Shown here piece by piece: positions 1-9,893 of a stretch of 64,000 nucleotides of DNA. The notes below the pieces were generated by a model. It saw only the letters and a list, made by a program, of their open reading frames with translations, was not told the origin of the DNA and did not search any database. The position numbers and the translations under genes were made by a program. How positions within the stretch are numbered: position 1 is the first letter of the stretch; the number at the start of each line of letters is the position of its first letter. Source of the DNA: Puniceicoccales bacterium (GTDB taxonomy: Bacteria; Verrucomicrobiota; Verrucomicrobiia; Opitutales; JAIRKQ01); contig JAISBD010000023.1 in the NCBI GenBank assembly GCA_031266345.1, positions 6,289 to 70,288 on the forward strand, read 5' to 3'.

Positions 1-443
1 CGAGAACGGGCACGATTTGCAACTTCAATCACATCACTGGCTGAACATGAGTAGCTGGGGATGTCAATTTTTTGGCCGTTGACGAGGATATGGCCGTGCA
101 TCACGAATTGTCGCGCAGCGGCACGGCTCTTGGCGAGTCCCAAGTTATACACGACACTGTCAAGCCTAAGTTCGAGGGAGCGCAGAAAAATTGTACCCGT
201 AACGCCCTTGGTATTTTTCGCCCTATCAAAGGCCAGCCTAAATTGCTTCTCCGACATGCCATAGGTATAGCGTGCCTTCTGCTTCTCATTCAGACCCATG
301 GCGTACTCCGATGCTTTGCGGCGCAATCGTGGGCCATGCATGCCCGGGATGTATGGCTTACGTTCCTCCGCGTTCCCAGGCGTAAAAATTGACTGTGCAA
401 AGCGCCTGTTAATCCTCGCCCTTGGCCCTGTATATCGTGACAT
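1..443 (-). CDS. rpsD: 30S ribosomal protein S4 (N-terminal part; gene runs off window start)
   Basis: Own translation of minus strand from ATG at 443: MSRYTGPRARINRRF...YGMSEKQFRLAFDRAKN...LDSVVYNLGLAKSRAAARQFVMHGHILVNGQKIDIPSY. Absent from ORF track because no stop lies in the window. Follows rpsM-rpsK as in alpha operons. Confidence 0.9.
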   Translation of the reverse strand, partial: MSRYTGPRARINRRFAQSIFTPGNAEERKPYIPGMHGPRLRRKASEYAMGLNEKQKARYTYGMSEKQFRLAFDRAKNTKGVTGTIFLRSLELRLDSVVYNLGLAKSRAAARQFVMHGHILVNGQKIDIPSYSCSASDVIEVANRARS

Positions 444-470
444 ATCGAATTTTCCTATGTAGAGATTTTA

Positions 471-959
471 TCAAACACGGCGAGCCTTCCGTGGCCGGCA
501 CCCATTGTGTGGAACTGCGGTAACATCAACGATTTCGTCGATGGACAAGCCGAGGGATTGAACGGCTCGAATCGCCGAATCGCGCCCCATACCGGGTCCT
601 TTTACAAAAATCGTCACCTCTTTCAGCCCGTGGGACATAGCTGCCCGCCCCGCATCTTGCACAACCACCTGTGCAGCATAGGCTGTGGACTTCCGCGACC
701 CACGAAAATTACACTTCCCTGCATTAGACCAGGAAATAACATTGCCACCCATATCCGTGAAACTGACATGTGTATTGTTAAACGTGGCCAATATGGTGCA
801 CTTCCCCCTCAATATATTTTTACTTTTCTTCGCCTTCCTCACCTTAACTTCGCCGAGCTCGTCACCAAATAAACTATCCATACCCGCTTGAGCTTTCGGC
901 GCTCCTTCGGCTACTACCGGCGTCGGTACATCAACTTTGCTATCCACTGAATTACTCAT
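471..959 (-). CDS. rpsK: 30S ribosomal protein S11
   Basis: C-terminal ~115 aa are typical S11 ([12 protein letters not shown]...[18 protein letters not shown]...[17 protein letters not shown]). A ~45-aa non-conserved N-terminal extension makes the start uncertain. Confidence 0.92.
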   Translation of the reverse strand: MSNSVDSKVDVPTPVVAEGAPKAQAGMDSLFGDELGEVKVRKAKKSKNILRGKCTILATFNNTHVSFTDMGGNVISWSNAGKCNFRGSRKSTAYAAQVVVQDAGRAAMSHGLKEVTIFVKGPGMGRDSAIRAVQSLGLSIDEIVDVTAVPHNGCRPRKARRV

Positions 960-977
960 TTATTCCTTCAAATTTCC

Positions 978-1367
978 CTATTTAGATTTAGAATCACTCT
1001 TTTTCATCACCCCGACCGTCTTGCGAACACCTTTGCGCGTCCTAGCGTTTGTTGAAGTGCGTTGCCCACGAACCGGCAAACCGCGATAGTGCCGCATTCC
1101 GCGGTAACTCTTAATCGCTTGCAGGCGCTTAAGGTTAGCCATGAATTCGCGGCGCAAATCGCCCTCAATCTTCCACCCCTCCCCATTAATCACGGAGGTT
1201 ATCCTATTAATGTGCTCCTCATTTAGCTCATGGGAACGCATGTTTTGGTCTAACCCCGCCTTCAAAACTATGATTTGGGCACGTGTCAAACCAATTCCCT
1301 GTATATACATTAGAGCATATACAATCTTTTTATTATCTGGAATATCAACTCCTAAAATGCGAGGCAT
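978..1367 (-). CDS. rpsM: 30S ribosomal protein S13
   Basis: [10 protein letters not shown]...[10 protein letters not shown]...[27 protein letters not shown]. Confidence 0.95.
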   Translation of the reverse strand: MPRILGVDIPDNKKIVYALMYIQGIGLTRAQIIVLKAGLDQNMRSHELNEEHINRITSVINGEGWKIEGDLRREFMANLKRLQAIKSYRGMRHYRGLPVRGQRTSTNARTRKGVRKTVGVMKKSDSKSK

Positions 1368-1415
1368 AATTTTCTAACTATTTAAATAAATTTTCACAGG
1401 TCACTATTTCTGAAA

Positions 1416-2186
1416 TCATTTTTTTACCAAAGTCAAGATTTCTGGAGAACTATTTGTAACTAAAATTGTGTGTTCGCAGTGAGCCGCCAATAACCCATCG
1501 CGGGTTTTCACGGTCCACTCGTCGCCGCACACATATACGGCTGGGCTCCCCTGGGTAAACATCGGCTCTATGGCCAGCGTCATTCCCGCTTTCAATGTGG
1601 GGCCGGTATGGGGCCGGCCAAAATTCGGAATCTGCGGCTCTTCGTGCATATCCTTCCCCACACCGTGACCGACGAATTCCCGCACAACACTAAAATTATT
1701 TTCCCTGGCGTGCATTTCAATGGCATGGGAAATATCTCCGACGCGATTGTCGGCAAGTGCTTTTGCAATGCCAATCATCAAGGCTTCCTCGGCTATTCGT
1801 GACAATCTTTCAGCCTCCGGGTCGACGTTGCCGATTCTCACTATGCGCGTATTATCCCCAACGAAGCCCCCATAGGACAGCGCAAGGTCAATGCTCAACA
1901 CATCGCCATCCTTCAAAATTACATCCTTTGAAGGAATTCCGTGGACGAGTTCATCGTTGAGTGATATGCAGGAATAGGCCGGATACTTGATTTTTTTTCC
2001 TGGACCATAGCCGAATGTGGTGCTCGTTGCGCCGGCTTCCTTGATCAAATCGCGGCCAAAATCATCGAGGTCCTGGGTAGATATTCCCGCCCTGGTGAAG
2101 TTTACCATTTTTTCCAATACTTCAGCGGCAATGCGACATGATAGGCGCATTTTTTCTATTTCTTCCGGCGTTTTTATCGGTATCAT
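1416..2186 (-). CDS. map: methionine aminopeptidase, type I
   Basis: MetAP motifs: ISLNDELVHGIP, GDVLSIDL, FVGHGVG, LAIEPM, CEHTILVT. Sits directly after secY. Confidence 0.93.
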   Translation of the reverse strand: MIPIKTPEEIEKMRLSCRIAAEVLEKMVNFTRAGISTQDLDDFGRDLIKEAGATSTTFGYGPGKKIKYPAYSCISLNDELVHGIPSKDVILKDGDVLSIDLALSYGGFVGDNTRIVRIGNVDPEAERLSRIAEEALMIGIAKALADNRVGDISHAIEMHARENNFSVVREFVGHGVGKDMHEEPQIPNFGRPHTGPTLKAGMTLAIEPMFTQGSPAVYVCGDEWTVKTRDGLLAAHCEHTILVTNSSPEILTLVKK

Positions 2187-2192
2187 ATCCCC

Positions 2193-3680
2193 TCACCCAC
2201 GAAATACCCACAGCAACGCAATCACCGCAAAGGCGGCAATTAAACACCAGGACACCACATTAAAATACTTCGCCTTCCCCTTGCCTGAATTAGCTACCGC
2301 ACTGCGCAAACGCCCCTTGCTTCTTTTCATGAAACCATCGTAGTTTTTCTGGAGCAAGTAACCCTCCACCTGTTTCATCGTGTCCAATATTACGCCAACG
2401 GCAATCAATGTTCCAGTTCCGCCGAAAAACAACGCAATTGAATATGGTATGCCGCAGGCGAAGCATACAAAATCCGGTAACAGAGCAACCAACGTCAAAA
2501 ATAGTGCGCCGGCTAGTGTGAGCCTAGTCATGACAAAATCGAGAAACTTCGCCGTATCGTTGCCCGGCCTCACGCCCGGGACATAGCCCCCATTTTTCTT
2601 CAAATCATCGGCAATTTGGACTGGTCGAAACATCATGGATACCCAAAAGTAGCTGAAACATAGTATCATTGTCCCGTAGGTGACGTAGTAGGTAATTGAA
2701 CCGTGATTCAGGGCAAGGGACATTTTTTGGAAAAAATTTATGCCCGTGGAAGCGCCAATGTATGCAAAAATTTGCTGAGGAAAGAGCAAAATTGCGCTGG
2801 CAAAAATGACTGGCATTACGCCGGAGTAGTTGATTTTTAGGGGTAAATATGAGGATTGCCCGCCGTACATTTTACGCCCAACTACGCGGTTTACATACTG
2901 TACGGGAATCCTGCGGTCAGCCTGTGTAACGGCAATCATCAACGCCACTACGCTGAACAGCAAAGTAACCATCATTAACCCGTGCCAAAGCCCAAGAGAG
3001 CCGCCATCCATCCCAACCGGCGCCCGCAGCAATGTTATTGCCTGGGAAAGTGCCGTCGGCATGCTGGACAGTATGCCCGCCGCGATCAGCAATGATATTC
3101 CATTGCCGATGCCATGTTGCGTGATTTGGTCACCGAGCCACATTAGAGCCATCGTCCCGGCGGTTAAAAATATTGTGGATGTCGCAAAAAACGACACCTT
3201 ATTGACTATTACAATGTCGCCAAACTGCGCCGAATCAAATCCGTAAAACAATTTTTCAGGATAATTTGCAAGCGCTGTCACAAGCAAAAATCCCTGTACG
3301 ATGCAGATTAAAATCGTTACATATCTAGTATATTGTGCGATCCTTTGCCTGCCCGATTCCCCTTCCTGCTGTATGCGAGCCAATGACGGATTAATCGCCG
3401 ATAGCAGCTGCAAAATGATCGATGCACTGATGTAGGGCATGATGCCAAGACCAAAAATGGCTCCTTTCATCAACGCCCCTCCGGTAAACATGTTAAACAT
3501 GCCCAATAGCCCACCGGCATTAGCAGCTTTGGCTAGCATAAATTCGTTCAGCGGTGAGGTATCGATGCCGGGTAGGGGGATATTGGCGCCGATGCGTGCG
3601 ACAAATAATAAAACGAGCGTCAAAACTATCTTTTGCCGAAGTTCATCGATTTTCATGCAATTGGCGAACGCGGAAAACAT
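2193..3680 (-). CDS. secY: preprotein translocase subunit SecY (with extra C-terminal hydrophobic tail)
   Basis: IPLPGID, MFTGGAL..GAIFGLGIMPYISASII, NGGYVPGVRPG. Position is after rplO. 495 aa. Confidence 0.95.
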   Translation of the reverse strand: MFSAFANCMKIDELRQKIVLTLVLLFVARIGANIPLPGIDTSPLNEFMLAKAANAGGLLGMFNMFTGGALMKGAIFGLGIMPYISASIILQLLSAINPSLARIQQEGESGRQRIAQYTRYVTILICIVQGFLLVTALANYPEKLFYGFDSAQFGDIVIVNKVSFFATSTIFLTAGTMALMWLGDQITQHGIGNGISLLIAAGILSSMPTALSQAITLLRAPVGMDGGSLGLWHGLMMVTLLFSVVALMIAVTQADRRIPVQYVNRVVGRKMYGGQSSYLPLKINYSGVMPVIFASAILLFPQQIFAYIGASTGINFFQKMSLALNHGSITYYVTYGTMILCFSYFWVSMMFRPVQIADDLKKNGGYVPGVRPGNDTAKFLDFVMTRLTLAGALFLTLVALLPDFVCFACGIPYSIALFFGGTGTLIAVGVILDTMKQVEGYLLQKNYDGFMKRSKGRLRSAVANSGKGKAKYFNVVSWCLIAAFAVIALLWVFRG

Positions 3681-3683
3681 ATC

Positions 3684-4139
3684 TTACTTCGAATCGACCC
3701 CCATAGCAAGTTCTATCGCCCGCCCACCAGATTTCTCTATGGAAGCGCGCGCACTTGCGGAAAATTTATCGGCAATAACGGTAATTGCCCCACTGAACTC
3801 ACCGGTTCCTAGAATTTTCACCGATTCACCCGTTGACCGTATGTAGCCTTTGCTGCACAGGTAAGCTTTGTCTATGGAGTCGACGCCCGCGTTCTCCAAA
3901 TCGGCTAAGTTTACGATGGAATACTCCGTCCTAAACTTAAAATTTGAAAATCCGCGCATTGGAAAATGGCGGTAAAATGGCACACCGCAGCAACATGGCG
4001 CTGGAGAATATCCCGCTCGCGCCTTGCCGCCCTTGTGTCCACGGCCAGCTGTCTTGCCCTGTCCGCTGCCCACTCCCTTTCCTCGACGCTTCGTCGGCTT
4101 TGAGTAAGCTCTTAATTTTGGCAGTTCGTTGAGTTTCAT
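3684..4139 (-). CDS. rplO: 50S ribosomal protein L15
   Basis: KRRGKGVGSGQGKTAGRGHKGGKAR motif and spc-operon position. Confidence 0.93.
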   Translation of the reverse strand: MKLNELPKLRAYSKPTKRRGKGVGSGQGKTAGRGHKGGKARAGYSPAPCCCGVPFYRHFPMRGFSNFKFRTEYSIVNLADLENAGVDSIDKAYLCSKGYIRSTGESVKILGTGEFSGAITVIADKFSASARASIEKSGGRAIELAMGVDSK

Positions 4140-4151
4140 CTCTGAAAATTT

Positions 4152-4724
4152 TTAACCTATTAAATTATCGTCGCTACCCGCTAAACGGATTCCCTTAATC
4201 TGCTCATATGTCCTGATTTTCCGCAGAGCATTGATTGTGGCACGCACAACTGAAAATGGATTTTTGGAACCAAGCGACTTCGTCAAAATGTCCTTCACCC
4301 CAAGTGCCTCGAGAACGGCACGAACCCCGCCACCAGCTATAACCCCCGTACCCGGGCTCGCGGGCCGCAAAAGTACGCGCCCCCCATCGGATACGCCGAT
4401 GGACATGTGTGGAATCGTGTTCTCCTTCATATTAAAGGACATCATATTTTTTTTTGCCTTTTCCGTCCCCTTCTTTATTGCATCCGGCACTTCCTTTGCT
4501 TTGCCATAGCCAACCCCGATTCTCCCCATCTGATTGCCTACAATAACAAGGGCCGCAAATCCAAAACGCCGCCCGCCTTTCACAACTTTTGCACAGCGAT
4601 TAATGTGCACAACCTTCTCTTGTAAAACAATTTCCTTCTCCACGGTACTGGGAGACGAAACCACCCGTTCCCTTCTTTTCTTGGAACTTGAATTAACCTT
4701 ATCCGTTTTCTTTAAGTCACTCAT
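4152..4724 (-). CDS. rpsE: 30S ribosomal protein S5
   Basis: [46 protein letters not shown]. Carries a basic/Ser-rich N-terminal extension. Confidence 0.93.
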   Translation of the reverse strand: MSDLKKTDKVNSSSKKRRERVVSSPSTVEKEIVLQEKVVHINRCAKVVKGGRRFGFAALVIVGNQMGRIGVGYGKAKEVPDAIKKGTEKAKKNMMSFNMKENTIPHMSIGVSDGGRVLLRPASPGTGVIAGGGVRAVLEALGVKDILTKSLGSKNPFSVVRATINALRKIRTYEQIKGIRLAGSDDNLIG

Positions 4725-4734
4725 GTCTAAAATG

Positions 4735-5097
4735 TTAAAACTCTAATCCCGCTTCACGGGCAGCGTCGGCAAATGCCTTGATGCAGCCATGGTAGCGATG
4801 ACCTCCGCGATCAAAAATAACGGTTCGAATACCAGCATCAACCGCCTTTTTCCCAAAAATAGCCCCAACTATTGCCGCGCCGCTCATATTTGCAGATAAC
4901 TTTTGGCCAGCGCACTCCTTCGATAGTGTGGACAGAAACAGCAGTGTCCTCTGCGCATCATCATCGATGCATTGGGCATAGATATGCTTTGAGGAAAAGC
5001 ATACGGATAGGCGCAACTTTACCGCTGAACCGTGGATGTGCTTACGCACCCTCGCTTTTCTCCTTGCACGCAAATTTAACTTTTGTTTCAGTTGCAT
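4735..5097 (-). CDS. rplR: 50S ribosomal protein L18
   Basis: [10 protein letters not shown]...HIYAQCIDD...[28 protein letters not shown]. Confidence 0.93.
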   Translation of the reverse strand: MQLKQKLNLRARRKARVRKHIHGSAVKLRLSVCFSSKHIYAQCIDDDAQRTLLFLSTLSKECAGQKLSANMSGAAIVGAIFGKKAVDAGIRTVIFDRGGHRYHGCIKAFADAAREAGLEF

Positions 5098-5126
5098 TTA
5101 GATACCCTGTTCAAATTCATCGAGCG

Positions 5127-5669
5127 CTAGGCAGTCTTCTTGCCCTCCTTCCTGCGCACAAACTCCCCTACCACACGCACCCCTTTGCCTTTGTATGGCT
5201 CAACTGGATAGTAAGACTTTATGTTAGCGGCGACCTGCCCCACCAGCTGCTTATCTACGCCGAAAACGGATAGTTTCGTACCCGTTTGATCAATGTCGAC
5301 CTTGATTCCAGCTGGAATTTCATATAAAATATCATGGGAAAATCCGAGGTCGAGGTCCATAACTTTGCCCTTCATCGTTGCTTTGAACCCGACGCCACTA
5401 ATCTCCAAATTTTTCCTGTAGCCAGTTGTAACCCCAATAACCATGGATTCTATTATGGAGCGCACTGTCCCATGCATCACCAGGGAATGCTCCACGCTAG
5501 TGTCAGCCGGTGAAACGCATACTTCGCCATTTTCCATTTTGATAAAAACGGAATCATCGAAAACTTTTTCATTTTTGCCAAGTGGCCCCTCAACAACAAC
5601 ACTCGCACCGCTTATTAAAACTTTTATCCCCGCGGGAATTTTTATGGGCAATTTTCCTATTCTACTCAT
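5127..5669 (-). CDS. rplF: 50S ribosomal protein L6
   Basis: Start re-set to ATG at 5669 (MSRIGKLPIKIPAGIKV...). The track's longer ORF (to 5786) would overlap rpsH. C-terminus ...YYPVEPYKGKGVRVVGE. Confidence 0.92.
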   Translation of the reverse strand: MSRIGKLPIKIPAGIKVLISGASVVVEGPLGKNEKVFDDSVFIKMENGEVCVSPADTSVEHSLVMHGTVRSIIESMVIGVTTGYRKNLEISGVGFKATMKGKVMDLDLGFSHDILYEIPAGIKVDIDQTGTKLSVFGVDKQLVGQVAANIKSYYPVEPYKGKGVRVVGEFVRRKEGKKTA

Positions 5670-5679
5670 ACGCACCCCA

Positions 5680-6069
5680 TTACCAAACGTAGCACAACAA
5701 TTCACCGCCAACACTTTGCCTGTTAGCCTCAAACCCAGATAATACCCCATGGGACGTGGACATAATGACAAGGCCCATGCCCCCAAGCACGCTTGGAATT
5801 TCTTTAACTCTGCAGTATTGCCTACATCCCGGTGTACTCACTGTGGAAATTTCCGTGATAGCCGGAACGCTATTGACATATTTTAAATCAATTTTGAGCG
5901 AAAACTTATTATTGCCACCATCAATTCTTTCAAAATTCTTTATCATCCCATTATCTTTCAATACGCGTGCGATCCCTTCCAATAGACCAGACCACCGCGT
6001 AGAACAGGATTTCTTTACAGCTAAACTACCATTCCTTATCACGGAAATAAAATCACTAACAATGTCCAT
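5680..6069 (-). CDS. rpsH: 30S ribosomal protein S8
   Basis: ATG at 6069 gives the canonical MDIVSDFISVIRNG... The track start at 6087 is a TTG. Confidence 0.92.
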   Translation of the reverse strand: MDIVSDFISVIRNGSLAVKKSCSTRWSGLLEGIARVLKDNGMIKNFERIDGGNNKFSLKIDLKYVNSVPAITEISTVSTPGCRQYCRVKEIPSVLGGMGLVIMSTSHGVLSGFEANRQSVGGELLCYVW

Positions 6070-6093
6070 TTTTCCAAACTTTTTCAAAAAATT

Positions 6094-6399
6094 TTACCAC
6101 GAAGACTTAGTCACCCCAGGAATTTCTCCAAAAGAAATCATCTCGCGCAGCTGAATTCTCGATAAGCCAAACCAGCGATGGTATCCGCGCGAACGCCCAG
6201 TTACGGCACAGCGATTTCTCACCCGTATGGGGGAAGAATCCTTTGGGAGCTTGGCCATATTTCTCCGCTCTGCCCAATACTCAACTTCTGACAGCGTTGG
6301 ATCCAATAACTTCTTTTTTATTTCCATTCTGCGGGTAACATACTTTTTTACGAGCGCCTTCCGCCTTTCATTTCTAGCTATCGATGATTTTTTAGCCAT
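6094..6399 (-). CDS. rpsN: 30S ribosomal protein S14 (long form, no zinc-ribbon Cys pairs)
   Basis: MAKKSSIARNERRK...RNRCAVTGRSRGYHRWFGLSRIQLREM. AGGAGG lies upstream of the ATG. Confidence 0.93.
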   Translation of the reverse strand: MAKKSSIARNERRKALVKKYVTRRMEIKKKLLDPTLSEVEYWAERRNMAKLPKDSSPIRVRNRCAVTGRSRGYHRWFGLSRIQLREMISFGEIPGVTKSSW

Positions 6400-6410
6400 A
6401 AACCCTCCTA

Positions 6411-6956
6411 CTACTGTTTCCTCCTAAATGGCATGCCAAACTTCGACATTAGAGCATGCCCCTCCCTATCCGTACTTGCATTTGTCACAAAAGATATGTC
6501 CATGCCCACCACCTTCTTATCACGATCTATGCTGATTTCAGGGAAAATCGTATGATCCGCAATGCCTATCGTATAATTACCGCGGCCATCAAACTTATTC
6601 GATATTCCGCGGAAATCTCTTATTCTTGGCAGGGAGATCGCTATAAATTTTAGTAAAAATTCGTACATTTTATTGCCGCGCAGCGTAACTTTTGCCCCAA
6701 CGGGCATGCCTTGGCGCAATTTGAAATTCGATATGCTTTTTTTCGCCTTAGTTATCACGGCTTTTTGTCCGGCAATCGAAGATATATCCTTTTGAACATC
6801 CTGAACGTGCGCCTTATCTGCCGCTGCATCAATGGCAGAATTTATTATTATTTTTTCAAGCTTTGGGACGCAATGGATATTTGGATAGGAAAACTCCCTT
6901 ACCATTCCCTTGGAAATTGTATTCTTATATAATGTTTTTAAAAATGGCTCACTCAT
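6411..6956 (-). CDS. rplE: 50S ribosomal protein L5
   Basis: PKLEKIIINS...TKAKKSISNFKLRQGMPVGAKVTLRG..MYEFL...RDFRG. Confidence 0.94.
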   Translation of the reverse strand: MSEPFLKTLYKNTISKGMVREFSYPNIHCVPKLEKIIINSAIDAAADKAHVQDVQKDISSIAGQKAVITKAKKSISNFKLRQGMPVGAKVTLRGNKMYEFLLKFIAISLPRIRDFRGISNKFDGRGNYTIGIADHTIFPEISIDRDKKVVGMDISFVTNASTDREGHALMSKFGMPFRRKQ

Positions 6957-7041
6957 ATAATCCTCTCACCGCGAGCAGAACCCAGCTCACAACCAGCTGA
7001 CACGCTCAAAAAAGATATTAGCAACTCTAAGTCAAGATGTT

Positions 7042-7302
7042 TTATTGCGATATTTTACTCCTCCGCTTGTCGTCATACTTAGCCTTCAGTGCAACATTTG
7101 AAACATGTATGGACCTCTCCACCTTGATTATTGCCCCTTCCGGGTACTGTTGAGATTTTTTTACATGCTTCGCCATAAGGGCAACCCCCTCAACCACAAC
7201 GCGAGATTTCTCACGTAACACTTGCAATACTTTGCCAAATTTCCCTTTGTCATCGCCGCAAATTACCACAACTTCGTCGTTTCTCTTTAAAGTACTTTTC
7301 AT
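7042..7302 (-). CDS. rplX: 50S ribosomal protein L24
   Basis: [24 protein letters not shown] (KOW motif). ATG overlaps the rplN stop. Confidence 0.9.
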   Translation of the reverse strand: MKSTLKRNDEVVVICGDDKGKFGKVLQVLREKSRVVVEGVALMAKHVKKSQQYPEGAIIKVERSIHVSNVALKAKYDDKRRSKISQ

Positions 7303-7664
7303 ATTACCTCCGGTGCAAGGGATAGTATTTTTGTGAAATTTTTTTGCCGCAATTCTCTGGCAATAGGGCCAAATATGCGAGTTCCCCTCGGATTTTTTTT
7401 ATCATCTATTATGACGCAAGCATTGGAATCGAATCTTAAATAGCTGCCATCTGAGCGGCGAATTGGATATCTGCAGCGAACTATGACCGCACGCACAACG
7501 GACCCTTTTTTTATTACTGCCTCGGGTATACTTTTCTGAACACTGCACACTATGACATCCCCCACCGTCGCCGTGCGTTTCACCTGCCCCAGGCGGCGAA
7601 TCATCTTCACCTGGCGCGCACCCGTATTATCCGCTACTTGCAATATACTTTCCTGCTGCAACAT
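7299..7664 (-). CDS. rplN: 50S ribosomal protein L14
   Basis: [16 protein letters not shown]...[28 protein letters not shown]. Confidence 0.95.
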   Translation of the reverse strand: MLQQESILQVADNTGARQVKMIRRLGQVKRTATVGDVIVCSVQKSIPEAVIKKGSVVRAVIVRCRYPIRRSDGSYLRFDSNACVIIDDKKNPRGTRIFGPIARELRQKNFTKILSLAPEVI

Positions 7665-7687
7665 TTTAACTTCCTCGCCTGCAAATC

Positions 7688-7984
7688 TTACCTTTTAGCT
7701 TCGACTGCGGAATTAATAATTCGACTCAGCCTCCAGCGCTTTAGCTTACTCAGCGGCCTAGTCTCGACAACTTCGACGCTATCCCCAAATTTACACTTAT
7801 TATCCATGTCGTGAACATGAATAACGGTTTTACGCTTGATCTCCTTTTTATATATCGGATGCGGAATTTTGTAGGAATAGGCAACTTTGACCGTCTTGTC
7901 CCCCGTGCGACTAATCACAATCCCCGTCAAAACCTTCCTATTGTTCCTATTTACTGCACTATTTTCAGCCACTTTACACCTCAT
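7688..7984 (-). CDS. rpsQ: 30S ribosomal protein S17
   Basis: [19 protein letters not shown]...[35 protein letters not shown] overlap with rpmC. Confidence 0.9.
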   Translation of the reverse strand: MRCKVAENSAVNRNNRKVLTGIVISRTGDKTVKVAYSYKIPHPIYKKEIKRKTVIHVHDMDNKCKFGDSVEVVETRPLSKLKRWRLSRIINSAVEAKR

Positions 7985-8172
7985 TTTGCCAATATTATAC
8001 GCTTAGTAGTCATGATTGCCGCAATGTCACGCTTTATTTCAGAAAATTTATTGGGTTTTGATACTTGGCCAACATTTTTCTTCAAATTGAGCATTTCTAG
8101 TTCACTGCGCAACTCATTTTCTTTTTGATTAAGTTCGCCCATGGATAACTCTGCAAATTTATTTTTTTTCAT
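7981..8172 (-). CDS. rpmC: 50S ribosomal protein L29
   Basis: ELSMGELNQKENELRSELEMLNLKK. ATG at 8172 is preferred over the track's GTG at 8178. Confidence 0.88.
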   Translation of the reverse strand: MKKNKFAELSMGELNQKENELRSELEMLNLKKNVGQVSKPNKFSEIKRDIAAIMTTKRIILAK

Positions 8173-8180
8173 CGCCACAC

Positions 8181-8609
8181 CTAAAAAGTATTTTGCTCAT
8201 CCCTGCTTATAAATCTACAATGAAACGGAATTTTTCCATCCGCCAAGCGCATCGCTTCACGGGCAATCGTCACTGATACGCCCGCCACTTCAAAGATAAT
8301 ATTACCTGGTTTTATCTGCGCAACCCAATATTCAACGGGTCCTTTGCCCTTGCCCATGCGCGTCTCAGCGGGTTTTTTAGTTATTGGCCTACCCGGAAAT
8401 ATGCGCATCCACATTTTTCCCTTTCTCTTTAAATGCCTGTTTATGGCCACGCGCGCCGCTTCTATTTGGGAAGCTGTCATATTGCCTCGTTCCAAAGCCT
8501 GTATGGCAAAATCTCCAAAAACTATGGAAGCTCCGCCTTTAGCATGGCCCCGATTGCGCCCTTTCTGCACCTTCCTATACTTTGTTTTCGCTGGTAATAA
8601 GTTGCTCAT
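8181..8609 (-). CDS. rplP: 50S ribosomal protein L16
   Basis: MSNLLPAKTKYRKVQKGRNRG...QIEAARVAINRHLKRKGKMWMRIFP. Confidence 0.95.
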   Translation of the reverse strand: MSNLLPAKTKYRKVQKGRNRGHAKGGASIVFGDFAIQALERGNMTASQIEAARVAINRHLKRKGKMWMRIFPGRPITKKPAETRMGKGKGPVEYWVAQIKPGNIIFEVAGVSVTIAREAMRLADGKIPFHCRFISRDEQNTF

Positions 8610-8631
8610 TTATAAAGCCTTATAAAATAAT

Positions 8632-9261
8632 TCATTTTTCAGTTTGTTTATTACATATCCAGCATTTCACCCCAATTTTTCCATACACCGTGTTTGCTTC
8701 GGAAAAACCATAGCCTATATCCTCGCGCAAGGTGTGCAATGGTACGTAGCCGGCTTTTTGCTCTTCACTCCTCGCAATTTCAGCTCCCCCCAAACGGCCA
8801 GAACATTTAATTCTTATGCCCTCAGCGCCGAAGCTCATGGATGTTTGTACGGCCTTCTTGAGTGCGCGCCTAAAAGCAACCCTGCGTTCCAACTGAGACG
8901 CAACGCTGTCCGAAACCAATTGGGCAACCAAATCCGGCTTCTTAATCTCCTGCACATCAACGAGAACATCGCCCCCCGTAATTCTGTTTAAAGACTCGCT
9001 TATGCGCTCGAGTTCCTTACCCTTGACTCCAATTACCACCCCCGGCCGAGGGGTAAGCAACTTAACGCGAACTTTTTCGCCGGAACGCTCAATGTCAACT
9101 TCGGCAATGGATGCGTGCTTCAACTTGACCTTTAAAAATTCGCGAATTTTGAAATCCTCGCTAACAAATTTTGAAAAATTTTTCTTGTCGGCAAACCAGC
9201 GTGATTTCCAATCGCGCCTGATTGGTAACCTAAATACTATAGGATTTACTTTTTGCCCCAT
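8632..9261 (-). CDS. rpsC: 30S ribosomal protein S3
   Basis: MGQKVNPIVFRL...KH domain...GAEGIRIKCSGRLGGAEIARSE. Confidence 0.95.
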   Translation of the reverse strand: MGQKVNPIVFRLPIRRDWKSRWFADKKNFSKFVSEDFKIREFLKVKLKHASIAEVDIERSGEKVRVKLLTPRPGVVIGVKGKELERISESLNRITGGDVLVDVQEIKKPDLVAQLVSDSVASQLERRVAFRRALKKAVQTSMSFGAEGIRIKCSGRLGGAEIARSEEQKAGYVPLHTLREDIGYGFSEANTVYGKIGVKCWICNKQTEK

Positions 9262-9262
9262 A

Positions 9263-9610
9263 TTACTCTTTCTCCCCGCTGATTGACTTTAATATTACAC
9301 GAATGTGACTTGTTCGCTTGCGAATGGGATGGGCGGATCCTCTGGCTGCCGGCGTGAATCGCTTAAATACGGGCCCTTCCTCAATTAAAACATTTTCGAC
9401 TAACAAATCATTGACTAAAAGATTGCCATTGTTTTCCGCGTTGGCAACGGCACTGGATAGGGTTTTAAAAATTAATCTCGCCGATTTACGCGTTGAAAAT
9501 TTTAGGAACGATAGTGCATCCGCTGCCCGTCGCCCACGTAGCACACAGGAAATGTCGCGCAACTTTTTCGCCGACATGCGTGCATATTTAAACTTTGCTT
9601 CTATTTTCAT
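9263..9610 (-). CDS. rplV: 50S ribosomal protein L22
   Basis: ARMSAKKLRD...AVANAENN...EGPVFKRFTPAARGSAHPIRKRTSHI. Confidence 0.93.
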   Translation of the reverse strand: MKIEAKFKYARMSAKKLRDISCVLRGRRAADALSFLKFSTRKSARLIFKTLSSAVANAENNGNLLVNDLLVENVLIEEGPVFKRFTPAARGSAHPIRKRTSHIRVILKSISGEKE

Positions 9611-9618
9611 TTACAACC

Positions 9619-9891
9619 TCAGGCCTTCTGCGTATGCGGATTGTGAGCTTTAAATGCCCTTGTGTGGGCAAACTCACCAAGCTTGTGCCCAACCATGTTC
9701 TCCGTCACGTAAACGTCAATGAATTTTTTACCATTGTGCACTAAAAAAGTCAAGCCAACAAAATCAGGCGTCACGGTCGACCGGCGTGACCATGTCTTGA
9801 TCGGTTTAGTAGACTTATTCTCTTGCGCGCTAAGAACCTTGTCCATCAAACAAACATCTACAAAATATCCCTTTTTTCTAGATCTCGTCAT
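9619..9891 (-). CDS. rpsS: 30S ribosomal protein S19
   Basis: KKGYFVD...[43 protein letters not shown]. Confidence 0.95.
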   Translation of the reverse strand: MTRSRKKGYFVDVCLMDKVLSAQENKSTKPIKTWSRRSTVTPDFVGLTFLVHNGKKFIDVYVTENMVGHKLGEFAHTRAFKAHNPHTQKA

Positions 9892-9893
9892 AG

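Noticed and set aside
5670-5786. N-terminal extensions of track ORFs (e.g. rplF to 5786, fusA to 15048, rpsL to 15936, GalE-like to 30557, dus to 44433, atpB to 43165, lpxD from 39914)
   Set aside because: The track takes the longest ORF including TTG/GTG/CTG starts. The extensions overlap the preceding gene and precede in-frame ATGs that yield canonical N-termini.
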